64,000 nucleotides of DNA from NCBI GenBank assembly GCA_025056305.1, contig JANWWJ010000021.1, positions 49,278 to 113,277 on the forward strand. Direction: 5' to 3'. The notes under the pieces were generated by a model. It was not told where the DNA came from. It saw only the letters and a list, made by a program, of their open reading frames with translations, and searched no databases. Position numbers and translations under genes: made by a program. This document shows, piece by piece, positions 1-9,999 of the stretch. This DNA comes from Chitinophagales bacterium. Its GTDB lineage: Bacteria; Bacteroidota; Bacteroidia; Chitinophagales; UBA10324. Within the stretch, counting starts at the first letter, position 1. Each line of letters starts with the position of its first letter.

Positions 1-522
1 ACGATTTACGGTATTAGCAAGCTGGCAGGTGAGCGCTGGTGCGACTACTATTACCAAAAGAAAAATTTAGACGTACGCAGCCTGCGCTATCCGGGATTGA
101 TCAGCTATAAAGCACCGGGTGGCGGCGGCACCACCGACTATGCCATCGACATTTTTTTTGCGGCAAAACGCCAACGCCGTTATACCTGTTTCCTGAAAGC
201 CGACACACGCCTGCCCATGATGTACATGGCTGATGCCATTCGGGCCACCCTCATGCTGATGGAAGCCCCAGCCGAACGCATTACCGTACGCTCTGCTTAT
301 AACATAGCGGCTGTGGACTTCACCCCTGAAGAAGTAGCTGCCGCCATCCGCGATCATATTCCCGATTTTGTTATAGATTTTGAACCAGACTTCAGGCAAC
401 AAATTGCCGAGAGCTGGCCTGAAAGTATTGACGATTCCATTGCGCGCAGGGACTGGGGTTGGAAGCCTTTGTTCGATCTGAAAGCTTTGACGACCGACAT
501 GTTGGCTCACATCAGTGTTTGA
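1..522 (+). CDS. NAD-dependent epimerase/dehydratase (extended SDR, L-threonine 3-dehydrogenase-like), 5'-truncated
   Basis: Frame is open from base 1: TIYGISKLAGE (SDR YxxxK), RSLRYPGLIS, PGGGGTTDYA, RQQIAESWP. Confidence 0.85.
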   Translation, partial: TIYGISKLAGERWCDYYYQKKNLDVRSLRYPGLISYKAPGGGGTTDYAIDIFFAAKRQRRYTCFLKADTRLPMMYMADAIRATLMLMEAPAERITVRSAYNIAAVDFTPEEVAAAIRDHIPDFVIDFEPDFRQQIAESWPESIDDSIARRDWGWKPLFDLKALTTDMLAHISV

Positions 523-1295
523 CCGCGTTGTCGCATCACTTCATAGAGCAACATGGCGGTGGCTGCCGAAACGTTGTAGGAATTCAACGGTCGCCGCATG
601 GGTATGGTCAAACGCAGATCGGCTAATTGCAACAGTTGGGGGTGAACTCCGCTTCCCTCCGACCCAACGATAAGGGCCAGCGGTTGATTCAAGGGCGCTT
701 GATCCGGAGGAATGCCGTGAGCTGCCTCCGCAGCTGCAATGAGTAAGCCTTGGTTCTTAAGCTGCCCCAAAGCCTTTTTAAGATTGGCTTCCCGACAAAG
801 GCTTACGTGCAATAAAGCTCCTGCCGATGCTTTTACCACTTCTGCATTCAGTGCAGCCGTGTGGCGCTGCGGGATCAGCACTCCATGTACGCCGGCAATC
901 CAGGCCGTTCGTAAGATGGCGCCAAAATTGCGCACGTCGGTGATGCGGTCGCATACCAACAACAGGGGATGTTCACCACTTTCATAGGCATGTTGCACGA
1001 TCTCCTGCCAGCTCACAAAATGCACGGGCGACAATAAAGCCACCACTCCTTGATGTGCCTTGCCCCATTGCCTAAGCTTCTGCTGAGGTACATAAGCGAT
1101 TGGAATGTTGGCTTGTTGTGCCTTACGACGCAGCTGGCTTAGTCGAGGATTTTGTAAGCCCGTACGCATCCAAATGCGGTCGATGGGGCGACCACTGTCG
1201 ATTGCCTCTTCAACGGCATGAATGCCTTTGGCAATCAGCGTTGAAGTCGGGCTGTCTTGGTGCTGTTCTGCTGAGGCCACCTCACTGCTCTTCAC
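507..1295 (-). CDS. rlmB: 23S rRNA (guanosine-2'-O)-methyltransferase, SpoU family
   Basis: HQGVVA, DRITDVRNFGAILRTA, KASAGA, LIVGSEGSG, SYNVSAA SPOUT motifs; start uncertain. Confidence 0.88.
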   Translation of the reverse strand: MKSSEVASAEQHQDSPTSTLIAKGIHAVEEAIDSGRPIDRIWMRTGLQNPRLSQLRRKAQQANIPIAYVPQQKLRQWGKAHQGVVALLSPVHFVSWQEIVQHAYESGEHPLLLVCDRITDVRNFGAILRTAWIAGVHGVLIPQRHTAALNAEVVKASAGALLHVSLCREANLKKALGQLKNQGLLIAAAEAAHGIPPDQAPLNQPLALIVGSEGSGVHPQLLQLADLRLTIPMRRPLNSYNVSAATAMLLYEVMRQRGQTLM

Positions 1296-4200
1296 GAGGC
1301 GTATAAAAGCTTACGTATCGGTTGAAAGCAGCTTCCGCCAGTTGTTTCAGGGATTCGTCTTTATACTCACGGGCGGTTTGCAAGGCATTGTTCAATACAT
1401 AAATGCCTTCGTTGATTTCATCAGTCCATGCACGACGGAAGCGTGGCTCCAAGGAAGTAAAATAACGAAGCTGGTCGCTGTACACTTCCACGCAACGCTT
1501 CATGATTTGCGATCCTTTGTCGGTGGCACCGGCATCGAAATAGGCACGAGCCATGGCTACGTGGTAAATGGAAATCGGGACATTTTCTTCAGGCAAGACT
1601 TGCAGACATTTATCCAAAACAGCTATGGCAGAGTCTTTTTTGCCTTCGGCAATCAAGGCATTAGCCAGTCGCGTAAAATTGCTGCGCAAGTTGCTGATCA
1701 TTCGATTGATGTTTTCATCCAGATAAACGCGATGTTTATCTACCCCGCCCCACTTGAACTTATGCATTAAATTTTCATACATGATATCGGTCTGCACACC
1801 TCCAGGAAAGGGGTCGTCATTCGTTTTGGTAACATAGGGAACTACGCGATAAGTCAATCCTTCTTGCTGCAAATAATTGTTCAGCCCCAGGTAAGCACTG
1901 GTTTGTACGGAAATGGCAAAATAGATAGGTCGCTTCCATAAGTTGCTGCGCAGGATTTCCAGCGTCATCAAATCATTTTTGAGCAAGGTGTTTTTATTCA
2001 AGCGCCATCGGATGCGGTCCACAATTTTTGCCGTGTCTTTGGGATGGACGACACCCGATGCCAGTACTTCCTTTTTATTTACGACAATCTCTAAGTTACG
2101 CGCAGGCAGGTAGTTCATGCGTTGACCTGCCAGATCGAGCTGACGGCGCGGATCGTCGCTGAAAATGAAGTCGAGCACGGCATCTAAACTGTAATATTGA
2201 TTGGGATCAATGGCTCGATTTTCATAATAGCGTACGTAGTCGCGAGTGGCACCCCGATATGCCGAACTGTCCACGCTGATCAAAACCGGATCACTCTCAT
2301 TCACTTTGCGTCGAAGCTGATCAATATACCAGTCAACGCCCAGCAAGCTCAAGTTGACAATACGCACATCGGGTCGAATCCCTTCCACCTCTTGAGCATA
2401 CCAAAGCGGATAGGTATCGTTATCACCCTGGGTAAACAGGATAGCATTGGGCGCACAGGATTCTAAGTAGTTGCTGCCCATGTCGCGGGCCGTATGCCGA
2501 TGGCTGCGGTCATGATCATCCCATCCTTGCCAGCCCATGAGCAAGGGGGCAGAAGCAGCAATCAAGGTAGCGGCTAAAGGCCCTTTCCATCCGGCCAGCC
2601 GGCTCCGTACCTGTTCCCACCACCAGAACACCGACAAGCCGATCCAGATGCAATAGGCCCATACCGAACCAACGTAGGCATAATCGCGCTCTCGAGGCTG
2701 CAAGGGGGTTTGATTCAAATAGATGACGATGGCCAAACCCGTGAAGAAAAACAGCAGCAGCACCACCCATGCATCATATTTACTTTTTCTGAAATGATAC
2801 ACCATCCCAAGCAGGCCGAGCAGAAAAGGAATGAGGTAAAAGCGGTTATCTGCACGGTTTTGATTAAGGGGATAAGGAAGATGACTTTGATCGCCCAGCA
2901 TGGCATTGTCGATAAAAGCAAAGCCCGTCTTCCAATTGCCGTATCGGATGTCGCCATGGCCCTGGATATCGTTCTGCCGCCCTGAAAAGTTCCACATAAA
3001 GTAGCGCCAATACATGAAGCCGATCTGATACGTGAAAAAGAAATTCAGGTTATCACGAAAAGTGGGTTTTTCTCCTTCTTTCAAATTCAGCCATTCACGA
3101 TAAAAATCTATATGTGTTGGATCATCGTTGTCCCAAATGCGCGGGAAAAGCATTTTTTCTTGGCTTTCATATAAAAATTTTGGCTTTCGACCCAACTCAT
3201 CATATCGGCCTGTTTTGAGGTTGCGGAAGTAGCGCATGTCACCGGTTTCGTAGTCAATATCATAGGGTCGTGAGGCAAACGTATGGCCGTATAGTAAAGG
3301 CCGATCACCGTATTGCTCGCGGTTCAGATAGCTCAGCAGCGTTATGGGATTACTGGGGTTACCCATGTTGATAGATGGATTTGCCTGCGCTCGGATAACC
3401 ACCATCAGATAGGTAGAATAACCCAACACAATAAACATCAACGAGAGCATTGCCGTGTTTAAGACATAATGCTGACGACGGTGCGAATACCATAAGCCCA
3501 ACACGATCAGCGAAGCGAGCAATAACATGAAAAACAATACGCCACTGTTAAAAGGCAATCCAAATGAATTCACAAACAAAATATCAAACCGGGCACTGAG
3601 GTTTGGAATTTGGGGGATAATTCCGTACTGAATGAAGCCCAGAATTAGGCAACCGATCACGAAAGCACGCACAGCACCCCACCATGTGGGTTGGCTTGTT
3701 TTCCGGAAATAATAGACCATGGCAATAGCCGGAATTACCAGCAATCCCAACAGATGAACTCCCACGACCAAACCCATCATATATGCAATAAACAACAGCC
3801 AACGGTCGGCAAAGGGCTCATCGGCATGCTGATCCCATTTCAAGATAGCCCAAAACACCAATGCCGTAAAAAATGAAGACAAGGCATATACTTCGGCTTC
3901 AACGGCAGAAAACCAAAAAGAATCGGAAAAAGCATTGGCAAAAGCCCCCACAAGGCCTGCTCCGATTATAGCTACGATTTGCTCAGTGCTGAGCTGCTCC
4001 CGCTTAACGTTGGTGAGCTTCAAGCCTAATGCGGTAATACTCCAAAACAGAAACAAGTTGGCAAACGCCGAGGCGACGCCTGAGAAAAAGTTCACCGTTA
4101 AGGCTACATATTGCTGAGATGGAGCGAGTAAAGTGACCAAATGCGCCAGCATGATGAACAGAGGCGCTCCAGGTGAATGCGGCACCTGCAACTTATAAGC

Positions 4201-4326
4201 ACAGGAAATGAACTCTCCGCAATCCCAAAAGCTGCCACTGGGCTCTGCCGTCAGCCAATAAACCATTGTGGTCAACAAGAAAACAGCCCACCCCACCACA
4301 TTGTTTATCAGATTGAAACGGGGCAT
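1282..4326 (-). CDS. DUF2723 family multi-pass membrane protein (GT-C fold, TMEM260-like glycosyltransferase)
   Basis: SFWDCGEFI, HSPGAPLF, FWFSAVEAEVYA, RERDYAY, GDNDTYPLWY. Start placed at ATG 4326 (MPRFNL) downstream of a TATATTTG promoter motif. Confidence 0.88.
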   Translation of the reverse strand: MPRFNLINNVVGWAVFLLTTMVYWLTAEPSGSFWDCGEFISCAYKLQVPHSPGAPLFIMLAHLVTLLAPSQQYVALTVNFFSGVASAFANLFLFWSITALGLKLTNVKREQLSTEQIVAIIGAGLVGAFANAFSDSFWFSAVEAEVYALSSFFTALVFWAILKWDQHADEPFADRWLLFIAYMMGLVVGVHLLGLLVIPAIAMVYYFRKTSQPTWWGAVRAFVIGCLILGFIQYGIIPQIPNLSARFDILFVNSFGLPFNSGVLFFMLLLASLIVLGLWYSHRRQHYVLNTAMLSLMFIVLGYSTYLMVVIRAQANPSINMGNPSNPITLLSYLNREQYGDRPLLYGHTFASRPYDIDYETGDMRYFRNLKTGRYDELGRKPKFLYESQEKMLFPRIWDNDDPTHIDFYREWLNLKEGEKPTFRDNLNFFFTYQIGFMYWRYFMWNFSGRQNDIQGHGDIRYGNWKTGFAFIDNAMLGDQSHLPYPLNQNRADNRFYLIPFLLGLLGMVYHFRKSKYDAWVVLLLFFFTGLAIVIYLNQTPLQPRERDYAYVGSVWAYCIWIGLSVFWWWEQVRSRLAGWKGPLAATLIAASAPLLMGWQGWDDHDRSHRHTARDMGSNYLESCAPNAILFTQGDNDTYPLWYAQEVEGIRPDVRIVNLSLLGVDWYIDQLRRKVNESDPVLISVDSSAYRGATRDYVRYYENRAIDPNQYYSLDAVLDFIFSDDPRRQLDLAGQRMNYLPARNLEIVVNKKEVLASGVVHPKDTAKIVDRIRWRLNKNTLLKNDLMTLEILRSNLWKRPIYFAISVQTSAYLGLNNYLQQEGLTYRVVPYVTKTNDDPFPGGVQTDIMYENLMHKFKWGGVDKHRVYLDENINRMISNLRSNFTRLANALIAEGKKDSAIAVLDKCLQVLPEENVPISIYHVAMARAYFDAGATDKGSQIMKRCVEVYSDQLRYFTSLEPRFRRAWTDEINEGIYVLNNALQTAREYKDESLKQLAEAAFNRYVSFYTPREEQ

Positions 4327-4354
4327 AAGGGAAGGTCGGTTTGCAAACGTCGGG

Positions 4355-4362
4355 CAAATATA
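4355..4362 (-). promoter_or_regulatory. Bacteroidota -7 promoter element for the DUF2723 gene
   Basis: TATATTTG on the minus strand (TAnnTTTG consensus), 28 nt before ATG 4326. Confidence 0.6.
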
Positions 4363-4405
4363 GCAACCGCCGTTTGCCATCTCTGGCGGTCGGCTGTTTA
4401 CGCAG

Positions 4406-4437
4406 TTTGCGCAGGCATTTGCTAACCGCTAACTTTG
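4406..4437 (+). promoter_or_regulatory. Bacteroidota housekeeping promoter of tRNA-Gln
   Basis: TTTG-N20-TAACTTTG, canonical -33/-7 arrangement, 10 nt before the tRNA. Confidence 0.75.
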
Positions 4438-4447
4438 CCCCGGCGTT

Positions 4448-4520
4448 TGACCCGTGGTGTAACTGGCAACACGTCTGATTTTGGTTCAGAAGACTTCTGG
4501 TTCGAGCCCAGACGGGTCAA
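4448..4520 (+). tRNA. tRNA-Gln(TTG)
   Basis: Acceptor TGACCCG/CGGGTCA, anticodon arm TCTGA-TTTTGGT-TCAGA, T-loop GGTTCGAGCC; CCA not encoded. Confidence 0.95.
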
Positions 4521-4528
4521 CAGTTTCT

Positions 4529-4563
4529 AAAGCCACCCGGCGTAAGGCAAGGGTGGCTTTTTT
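4529..4563 (+). terminator. Intrinsic terminator after tRNA-Gln
   Basis: AAAGCCACCC-N12-GGGTGGCTTT followed by a T run. Confidence 0.85.
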
Positions 4564-4874
4564 GATGCTGCGCTTCGCGACATAAAAGAGGAAAGTCCAG
4601 ATCTTGTGCGAAGCAATCTACCGCATGTGTAAAACGTCAAAAATATAAATAAACATTTTTCAAATATTAGTTACCCATTCCGCTGGTGTTTCCGAAATGC
4701 ACGAGCGAAGTGCTTCTTGCACCTTTGGCAATCCCTGTGTCACGGTCGGTATGGCCGGCTTAAAGGCTATTTGCTTCTGCATTTTAGCCCGTAAGCGCCC
4801 TTTTCGCATTCACTACAAGCAATTCACTCATTACCGCGCTGCTCCGGGCACCTGGTTACGGATGCTTACGCAGC

Positions 4875-6989
4875 TCAGCGGCGGGCAGCCACTTCTAAGC
4901 GACTGCTGAAAAGCGCTGCATCTGCGCGAGCGGTCAACAGATATACCCCATCTGCAAGGGGGGGCAGAAACCAAGGGACAACCGATCCGCATGCTAACGT
5001 GGTTGTCGCCAGCGTGCGGCCTGTTAAATCGGTTAACCAGACTTGAGCTTCCGGACCAGCAGCAGCCGGTATGGTCACATACACGACGCCTTCAGCTGGG
5101 TTCGGAAATACCGCAAATACTCCGTCGGTCATTGGGGGTAAAGCCGCAGTGGCTACATTAATATTCACTTTGTCTATATATAAGTTGTTCTCATAATCAG
5201 TGGTGTTGCGAAACTTGATGAGCAGGTTTTCCGAAAAAGCAAAAGGCGCAAGGTCGATCGTTTCTAACCGCCAATGATTGGGGCTGGAGGGTTTGAATTC
5301 CACCTGAGAATACGGAGGTGTGATTGTTGTGAGATCGGTACCCCATTTTTTGTACACCACTTGCCAGCTTGCGCCGCAATCCGTCGAAACCAGCACCGTC
5401 AGCGTATCGGAGTAATTGACCGAATTGTTCGGGTTGGTATACAACCGATAGGCCACATAAAAGCTCAGTTTGGGCGCTGTAAGTGTTGTGAGATTGACGC
5501 TCGGCAGGAGCAACTCATCAATTTCTCCGTTGCTGGAATAATCATAGTTCCGAACATATGCTGAATTATTGCTGTTGTACCCCAAAGTGCTTTGTTGCCA
5601 GGTGTACCCACCGTCGGGATTGTACACCTGCCACCCCTGCGGAGGAAAAACGCCTGATGCAAATTCCTCAAAGACAGGTGGCGTCGTCCCTATTAAGCTG
5701 ACCTGAATGGTTTGCGTGAAAGCATCGTTATCCGGGTAACCATCGGTGCCTCCGTTGGGTTGCGCTGTAAAAACTGTGATGGTGTTGGCGCCACCGTTAA
5801 GCGATACGGTAGGCAACGTGATGGTTACCGTATCGGTAGGAAGCAACACGCCATTCCACAAATAAACCGAAGGCGGATTTCCGTTTATGGAATAGTGAAT
5901 ATGTAAGGAATTCAACGTATCTAATCCGTAATTCTTGATCATCACTACCGGATCAAATGAAGTAGAACAAATCGTACCTCCTTCGATATGGATTACACCG
6001 GCATCCAGGTCAGCGAGCGGCAAGCAAGCATCGGAAGTTGTGAGAAAAGAAAGAAAGTTGTTGATGGCTGCCAGCATACGATCTTTTTGCCCCTGAGTAA
6101 ACAGATTCATACACGCATCGTCAGTGTAATCCATGAAATTCATGAACATATCGCCATTGGGACCATTGTTGCAGGAGATTTGCGGATAGGAAGGGCACCC
6201 ATAAGTTTCATCAGCCTGATTGGGTGTATCGGCTACATAGTCAGTACCGGTGCATGAGTTTCCGTCGTCACCCCAGATATGTTCCAGATTGAAGCAGTGT
6301 CCAATCTCGTGAGTGGCAGTCCGCCCTCGATCGTAAGGTGGATCGACATTTCCGGTGCGACCGAAGTACTTATAGCTGACTACAATACCGAAGGTTTCAT
6401 CAATATTGGCTGAAGGGGGTACTGCATAACCCAGCAATCCAAAAGAAAGATTGCAAACCCAGATGTTGAAATATCGCTTCACATCCCATGCATCGGCTCC
6501 ACCCTGCGAGGCGTATTTCACCTTATCGTCTAACCCAAAACTGGACTGAGTGGTCTGAACTCTGTTGATGCCGTTGGTAGGAAATCCATTGGGGTCTCTT
6601 TGCGCTAAGCAGAATTCAATTTCACAATCGGCAGCCACTGGTTTAAAGGCAGCAGGGGTGTTGACGGTATCTGAATTCAAGCGTCGGAAATCTTCATTGA
6701 GCACTTCAATTTGGCTGAGCACCTGCTCGTCACTGATATTTTGCGCGGCCGTTTTGTACACCACGTGAACCACAACCGGTATTTTGATCACGGTTCGGGT
6801 TTGGGACACCGGCTTATTGGCCAGGTAATGTTCAATGATGTCATGTGCTTGGTCAAGCAAGCGCCCGAATTGAGGATCTTTTTGCTTACGCCAGTTCACG
6901 TATTCCGGGGTGCCGCACGAACGCTGAGCCTCTGCCACGCGGAACATCAGTAATGCAAAAAGCAGTAGGAAAATGGCCTTATTTTTCAC
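4875..6989 (-). CDS. Secreted M43 (pappalysin/ulilysin-like) zinc metalloprotease with Ig/beta-sandwich domains and T9SS C-terminal domain
   Basis: Signal peptide, RSCGT Cys-switch, HEIGHCFNLEHIWGD, NFMDYTDD Met-turn, VFPNPA...GVYLL tail. Confidence 0.9.
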   Translation of the reverse strand: MKNKAIFLLLFALLMFRVAEAQRSCGTPEYVNWRKQKDPQFGRLLDQAHDIIEHYLANKPVSQTRTVIKIPVVVHVVYKTAAQNISDEQVLSQIEVLNEDFRRLNSDTVNTPAAFKPVAADCEIEFCLAQRDPNGFPTNGINRVQTTQSSFGLDDKVKYASQGGADAWDVKRYFNIWVCNLSFGLLGYAVPPSANIDETFGIVVSYKYFGRTGNVDPPYDRGRTATHEIGHCFNLEHIWGDDGNSCTGTDYVADTPNQADETYGCPSYPQISCNNGPNGDMFMNFMDYTDDACMNLFTQGQKDRMLAAINNFLSFLTTSDACLPLADLDAGVIHIEGGTICSTSFDPVVMIKNYGLDTLNSLHIHYSINGNPPSVYLWNGVLLPTDTVTITLPTVSLNGGANTITVFTAQPNGGTDGYPDNDAFTQTIQVSLIGTTPPVFEEFASGVFPPQGWQVYNPDGGYTWQQSTLGYNSNNSAYVRNYDYSSNGEIDELLLPSVNLTTLTAPKLSFYVAYRLYTNPNNSVNYSDTLTVLVSTDCGASWQVVYKKWGTDLTTITPPYSQVEFKPSSPNHWRLETIDLAPFAFSENLLIKFRNTTDYENNLYIDKVNINVATAALPPMTDGVFAVFPNPAEGVVYVTIPAAAGPEAQVWLTDLTGRTLATTTLACGSVVPWFLPPLADGVYLLTARADAALFSSRLEVAARR

Positions 6990-7069
6990 CGAAATGTGTT
7001 TTAACGATTAGGGAATTAGAACAAAGATAAAGACCGGCCGATAAGCCTGGGCACTGTTAACTTTTCGGC

Positions 7070-7077
7070 TATCTTTG
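7070..7077 (+). promoter_or_regulatory. -7 promoter element of prs-rplY-pth
   Basis: TATCTTTG 17 nt before the prs ATG. Confidence 0.6.
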
Positions 7078-7094
7078 CGCCCCCGCCAGCCGCC

Positions 7095-8030
7095 ATGGAA
7101 TCGCAGGTGCGCATATTTGCCAACACCAGCAGCCAAGATCTTGCCGAACGCATAGCCCGAGCCTATGGTGTGGAGCTGGGTAAACGCGAGTTACGCCGCT
7201 TTAATGACGGTGAAATGTGCCCGGTTATCCTGGAATCCATTCGCGGCGATTATGTCTTCATCATTCAGTCAGGCTTTTCCCCGGCCGATAATTTACTGGA
7301 GCTGTTGTTGATGATTGACAGTGCCCGCCGCGCATCGGCGCACTACATTACGGCGGTGATTCCTTATTTCGGTTATGCGCGGCAGGACCGCAAAGACCGG
7401 CCCCGTGTGCCCATCGCCGCCAAGCTTATTGCCAACTTACTGACTGCCGCCGGTGCCGACCGCGTCATGACTATGGATCTGCATGCTCCGCAAATCCAAG
7501 GATTTTTTGACATACCGGTCGATCATTTGGAAAGCACCACCATTTTTTACCCCTACCTCCGCGAACTGGCTTTGCCCAACATGACCTTTGCCGCCCCGGA
7601 TGTAGGAGGTGTTAATCGCGCCCGCATGTATGCGATGCACTTTAACAAAGAAATGGTGATCTGTGACAAATACCGAAAGCGGCCCGGTGAAGTTTCTTCC
7701 ATGGCATTGATCGGCGACGTCACCGACCGAAACGTCATCATTGTTGATGACATCATCGACACGGCCCAAACGTTATGCAATGCCGCGCAACTGATCATGG
7801 AGCGGGGAGCTCGCAGCGTTCGGGCCCTCATCACCCACCCCGTATTGTCGGGACCTGCTTATGAAAACATCGAAAATTCCTTGCTTACTGAAGTGGTGGT
7901 TTGCGATACGATTCCGCTGAAAAAACATAGCAAAAAAATTAAAGTGTTGAGCGTGGACAAGTTGTTCGCCACAGCCATCCGGAATATGTACGAGCATAAA
8001 TCCATAACCTCTTTGTTCATCAACAATTAA
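7095..8030 (+). CDS. prs: Ribose-phosphate pyrophosphokinase
   Basis: PYFGYARQDRK, MDLHAPQIQGFF, IVDDIIDTA. Confidence 0.97.
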   Translation: MESQVRIFANTSSQDLAERIARAYGVELGKRELRRFNDGEMCPVILESIRGDYVFIIQSGFSPADNLLELLLMIDSARRASAHYITAVIPYFGYARQDRKDRPRVPIAAKLIANLLTAAGADRVMTMDLHAPQIQGFFDIPVDHLESTTIFYPYLRELALPNMTFAAPDVGGVNRARMYAMHFNKEMVICDKYRKRPGEVSSMALIGDVTDRNVIIVDDIIDTAQTLCNAAQLIMERGARSVRALITHPVLSGPAYENIENSLLTEVVVCDTIPLKKHSKKIKVLSVDKLFATAIRNMYEHKSITSLFINN

Positions 8031-8040
8031 GCTGTTTGCC

Positions 8041-8658
8041 ATGAAGACAATCGTGATCGAAGGAACAGTGCGAGAGCAGAAGGGAAGCCATCAATGCCGA
8101 CGTTTGCGTGCACAAGGGTTTGTTCCGTGTAATCTTTACGGTGCGGGCAAAAATATCTTGTTCTGTGCCCCCGACTCTGCTTTCCGCGAACTGTTGTACA
8201 CTCCAGAATTTTATACCGCACACATCCGCATCAACGGGGAAGAGTATCCGGCTATTTTACAAGAAGCGCAATTTCATCCGGTCACCGAACGCTTGCTGCA
8301 TCTTGACTTTAGGATTTTGGATCCGAATAAAAAAATCGTAGTAGAGTTGCCGGTACGCCTCGAAGGCACGGCTGCCGGTACCCGTGAGGGTGGTAAACTC
8401 CAGCAGCGACTTAAAAAACTCAAAGTACGCCTGTATCCAAAAGACCTTGTCGAGCACATCTCGGTCGATGTCACCCAACTGGGCTTGGGTAAGAGCATAC
8501 GTGTCGGTGATTTGAAGATGGAAGGCATTGAGTTTCTGAATGCCCCTCATCTGCCAGTGGTGTCGGTACGCATTCCGCGTGCAGCCAAAGAAGAAGGGGC
8601 TCCTGCTGCGGCTGCTGAGGCTCCTGCCGCTGGCGACAAGGGTGCAACCAAAGCGTAA
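8041..8658 (+). CDS. rplY: 50S ribosomal protein L25/Ctc
   Basis: RRLRAQGFVPCNLYG, QFHPVTERLLHLDF; prs-rplY-pth synteny. Confidence 0.95.
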   Translation: MKTIVIEGTVREQKGSHQCRRLRAQGFVPCNLYGAGKNILFCAPDSAFRELLYTPEFYTAHIRINGEEYPAILQEAQFHPVTERLLHLDFRILDPNKKIVVELPVRLEGTAAGTREGGKLQQRLKKLKVRLYPKDLVEHISVDVTQLGLGKSIRVGDLKMEGIEFLNAPHLPVVSVRIPRAAKEEGAPAAAAEAPAAGDKGATKA

Positions 8659-8689
8659 GCTCTTGCGCGCTACCTATTCTTGAGCCGCA

Positions 8690-9295
8690 GTGATGACTTT
8701 TTTAATTGCCGGCCTGGGAAATATCGGTGCACAATACGAGAACAGCCGTCACAACATCGGATTTCGGGTAGCCGATGCTTGGGCAAGTCGTCACCGTGCC
8801 ACCTTCACTGCCGACACCCTGGCATTCAGGGCCCAGTTCGACTTTGCCGGACACCAGGTGCACGTCATAAAGCCCACCACCTACATGAACGAAAGTGGGC
8901 GAGCCGTGCGCCATTGGCAAGTGCAGCTTAAAATACCCCTGTCTCAGTTGTTGGTGGTGGTGGATGACTTGGCACTACCCTTCGGCACCATACGCATTCG
9001 ACCTAAAGGCAGCGATGGGCTACATAACGGCCTCACTTCCGTAGAGCAGCAGCTAGGCACTTCCGCGTATCCGCGATTGCGCATCGGCATCGGCCATGAA
9101 TTTGCCCCGGGACAACAGGTAAACTATGTGCTCGGCCCATGGTCGCCCCAGCAACAACAGCAACTTCCCCAGGTGCTTGAGCTGTGTTGCGATGCCTTGG
9201 ACAGCTTCATCGTTGTGGGTCTTAACAAAACCATGAGTCGATTTAACAGAAAGCCGCAGCCCCCAACTACCGAAACGCCTGCTGTACCTGACTGA
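8690..9295 (+). CDS. pth: Peptidyl-tRNA hydrolase
   Basis: AGLGNIG, RHNIGF, KPTTYMNESG, GSDGLHNGL, RLRIGIG. Confidence 0.96.
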   Translation: MMTFLIAGLGNIGAQYENSRHNIGFRVADAWASRHRATFTADTLAFRAQFDFAGHQVHVIKPTTYMNESGRAVRHWQVQLKIPLSQLLVVVDDLALPFGTIRIRPKGSDGLHNGLTSVEQQLGTSAYPRLRIGIGHEFAPGQQVNYVLGPWSPQQQQQLPQVLELCCDALDSFIVVGLNKTMSRFNRKPQPPTTETPAVPD

Positions 9296-9313
9296 TATTA
9301 CATTTTTTTATTT

Positions 9314-9922
9314 ATGAAGATCATTTGCGTAGGAAGAAACTATTTGGCACATGCCCAAGAGCTCGGCCACGACAAACCCACAGAGCCGGTGTTGTTTCTG
9401 AAGCCAGACACGGCCCTCAAACGCAAAAACCTGCCTTTTTTTCTGCCGGATTTTTCCAAGGAAGTGCATTACGAAGCCGAACTGGTCTTTCGCATTTGCA
9501 AAAACGGCAAAAACATAGATGAACGCTTTGCCCTGCGTTATGTGGATCAAGTGACTGTGGGCATTGACTTTACGGCACGCGACCTTCAGCGCCGGTTGCA
9601 GCAAAAAGGGTTGCCTTGGGAAATAGCTAAAGCCTTCGACCAGTCCGCTTGCATTGGCGAATGGAGACCCTTGAGTCTTTTTCGCATCGATGATTTGTCC
9701 TTCCATTTGACCCGAAACCACAAGCTGGTACAGCAAGGAAATTCCGCCTGCATGATTTTCTCCGTAAGCCAGCTCATCGCCTACGCCTCACGCTTTTTTT
9801 TACTTCTGGAGGGTGATCTGTTGTTCACCGGCACCCCCCAAGGCGTCGGTCCGGTCTATGCCAACGACATCCTTCACGGTTATCTGCAACAGGAATGTGT
9901 GCTGGAGTGCGTGGTGAAATAA
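9314..9922 (+). CDS. Fumarylacetoacetate hydrolase family protein
   Basis: KIICVGRNY, HYEAEL, DFTARDLQ, GDLLFTGTP. Confidence 0.93.
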   Translation: MKIICVGRNYLAHAQELGHDKPTEPVLFLKPDTALKRKNLPFFLPDFSKEVHYEAELVFRICKNGKNIDERFALRYVDQVTVGIDFTARDLQRRLQQKGLPWEIAKAFDQSACIGEWRPLSLFRIDDLSFHLTRNHKLVQQGNSACMIFSVSQLIAYASRFFLLLEGDLLFTGTPQGVGPVYANDILHGYLQQECVLECVVK

Positions 9923-9999
9923 CGGAGTGCGCCGACAGCCTCTATCATACACTGGTTTGTTGCAGGCGCATCTGACGCTCCTATTTTTGCGTCGCCCAC

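Noticed and set aside
4586-4596. GAGGAAAGTCC, matching the 5' conserved motif of RNase P RNA
   Set aside because: None of the downstream rnpB motifs (AGTGCAACAG, GGTAAACCC, ACAGAA.CCGGCTTA) is present in the ~290 nt available.
4697-4909. 70-aa ORF between tRNA-Gln and the M43 protease
   Set aside because: No motif or signal features, and it overlaps the protease 3' end; unsupported.
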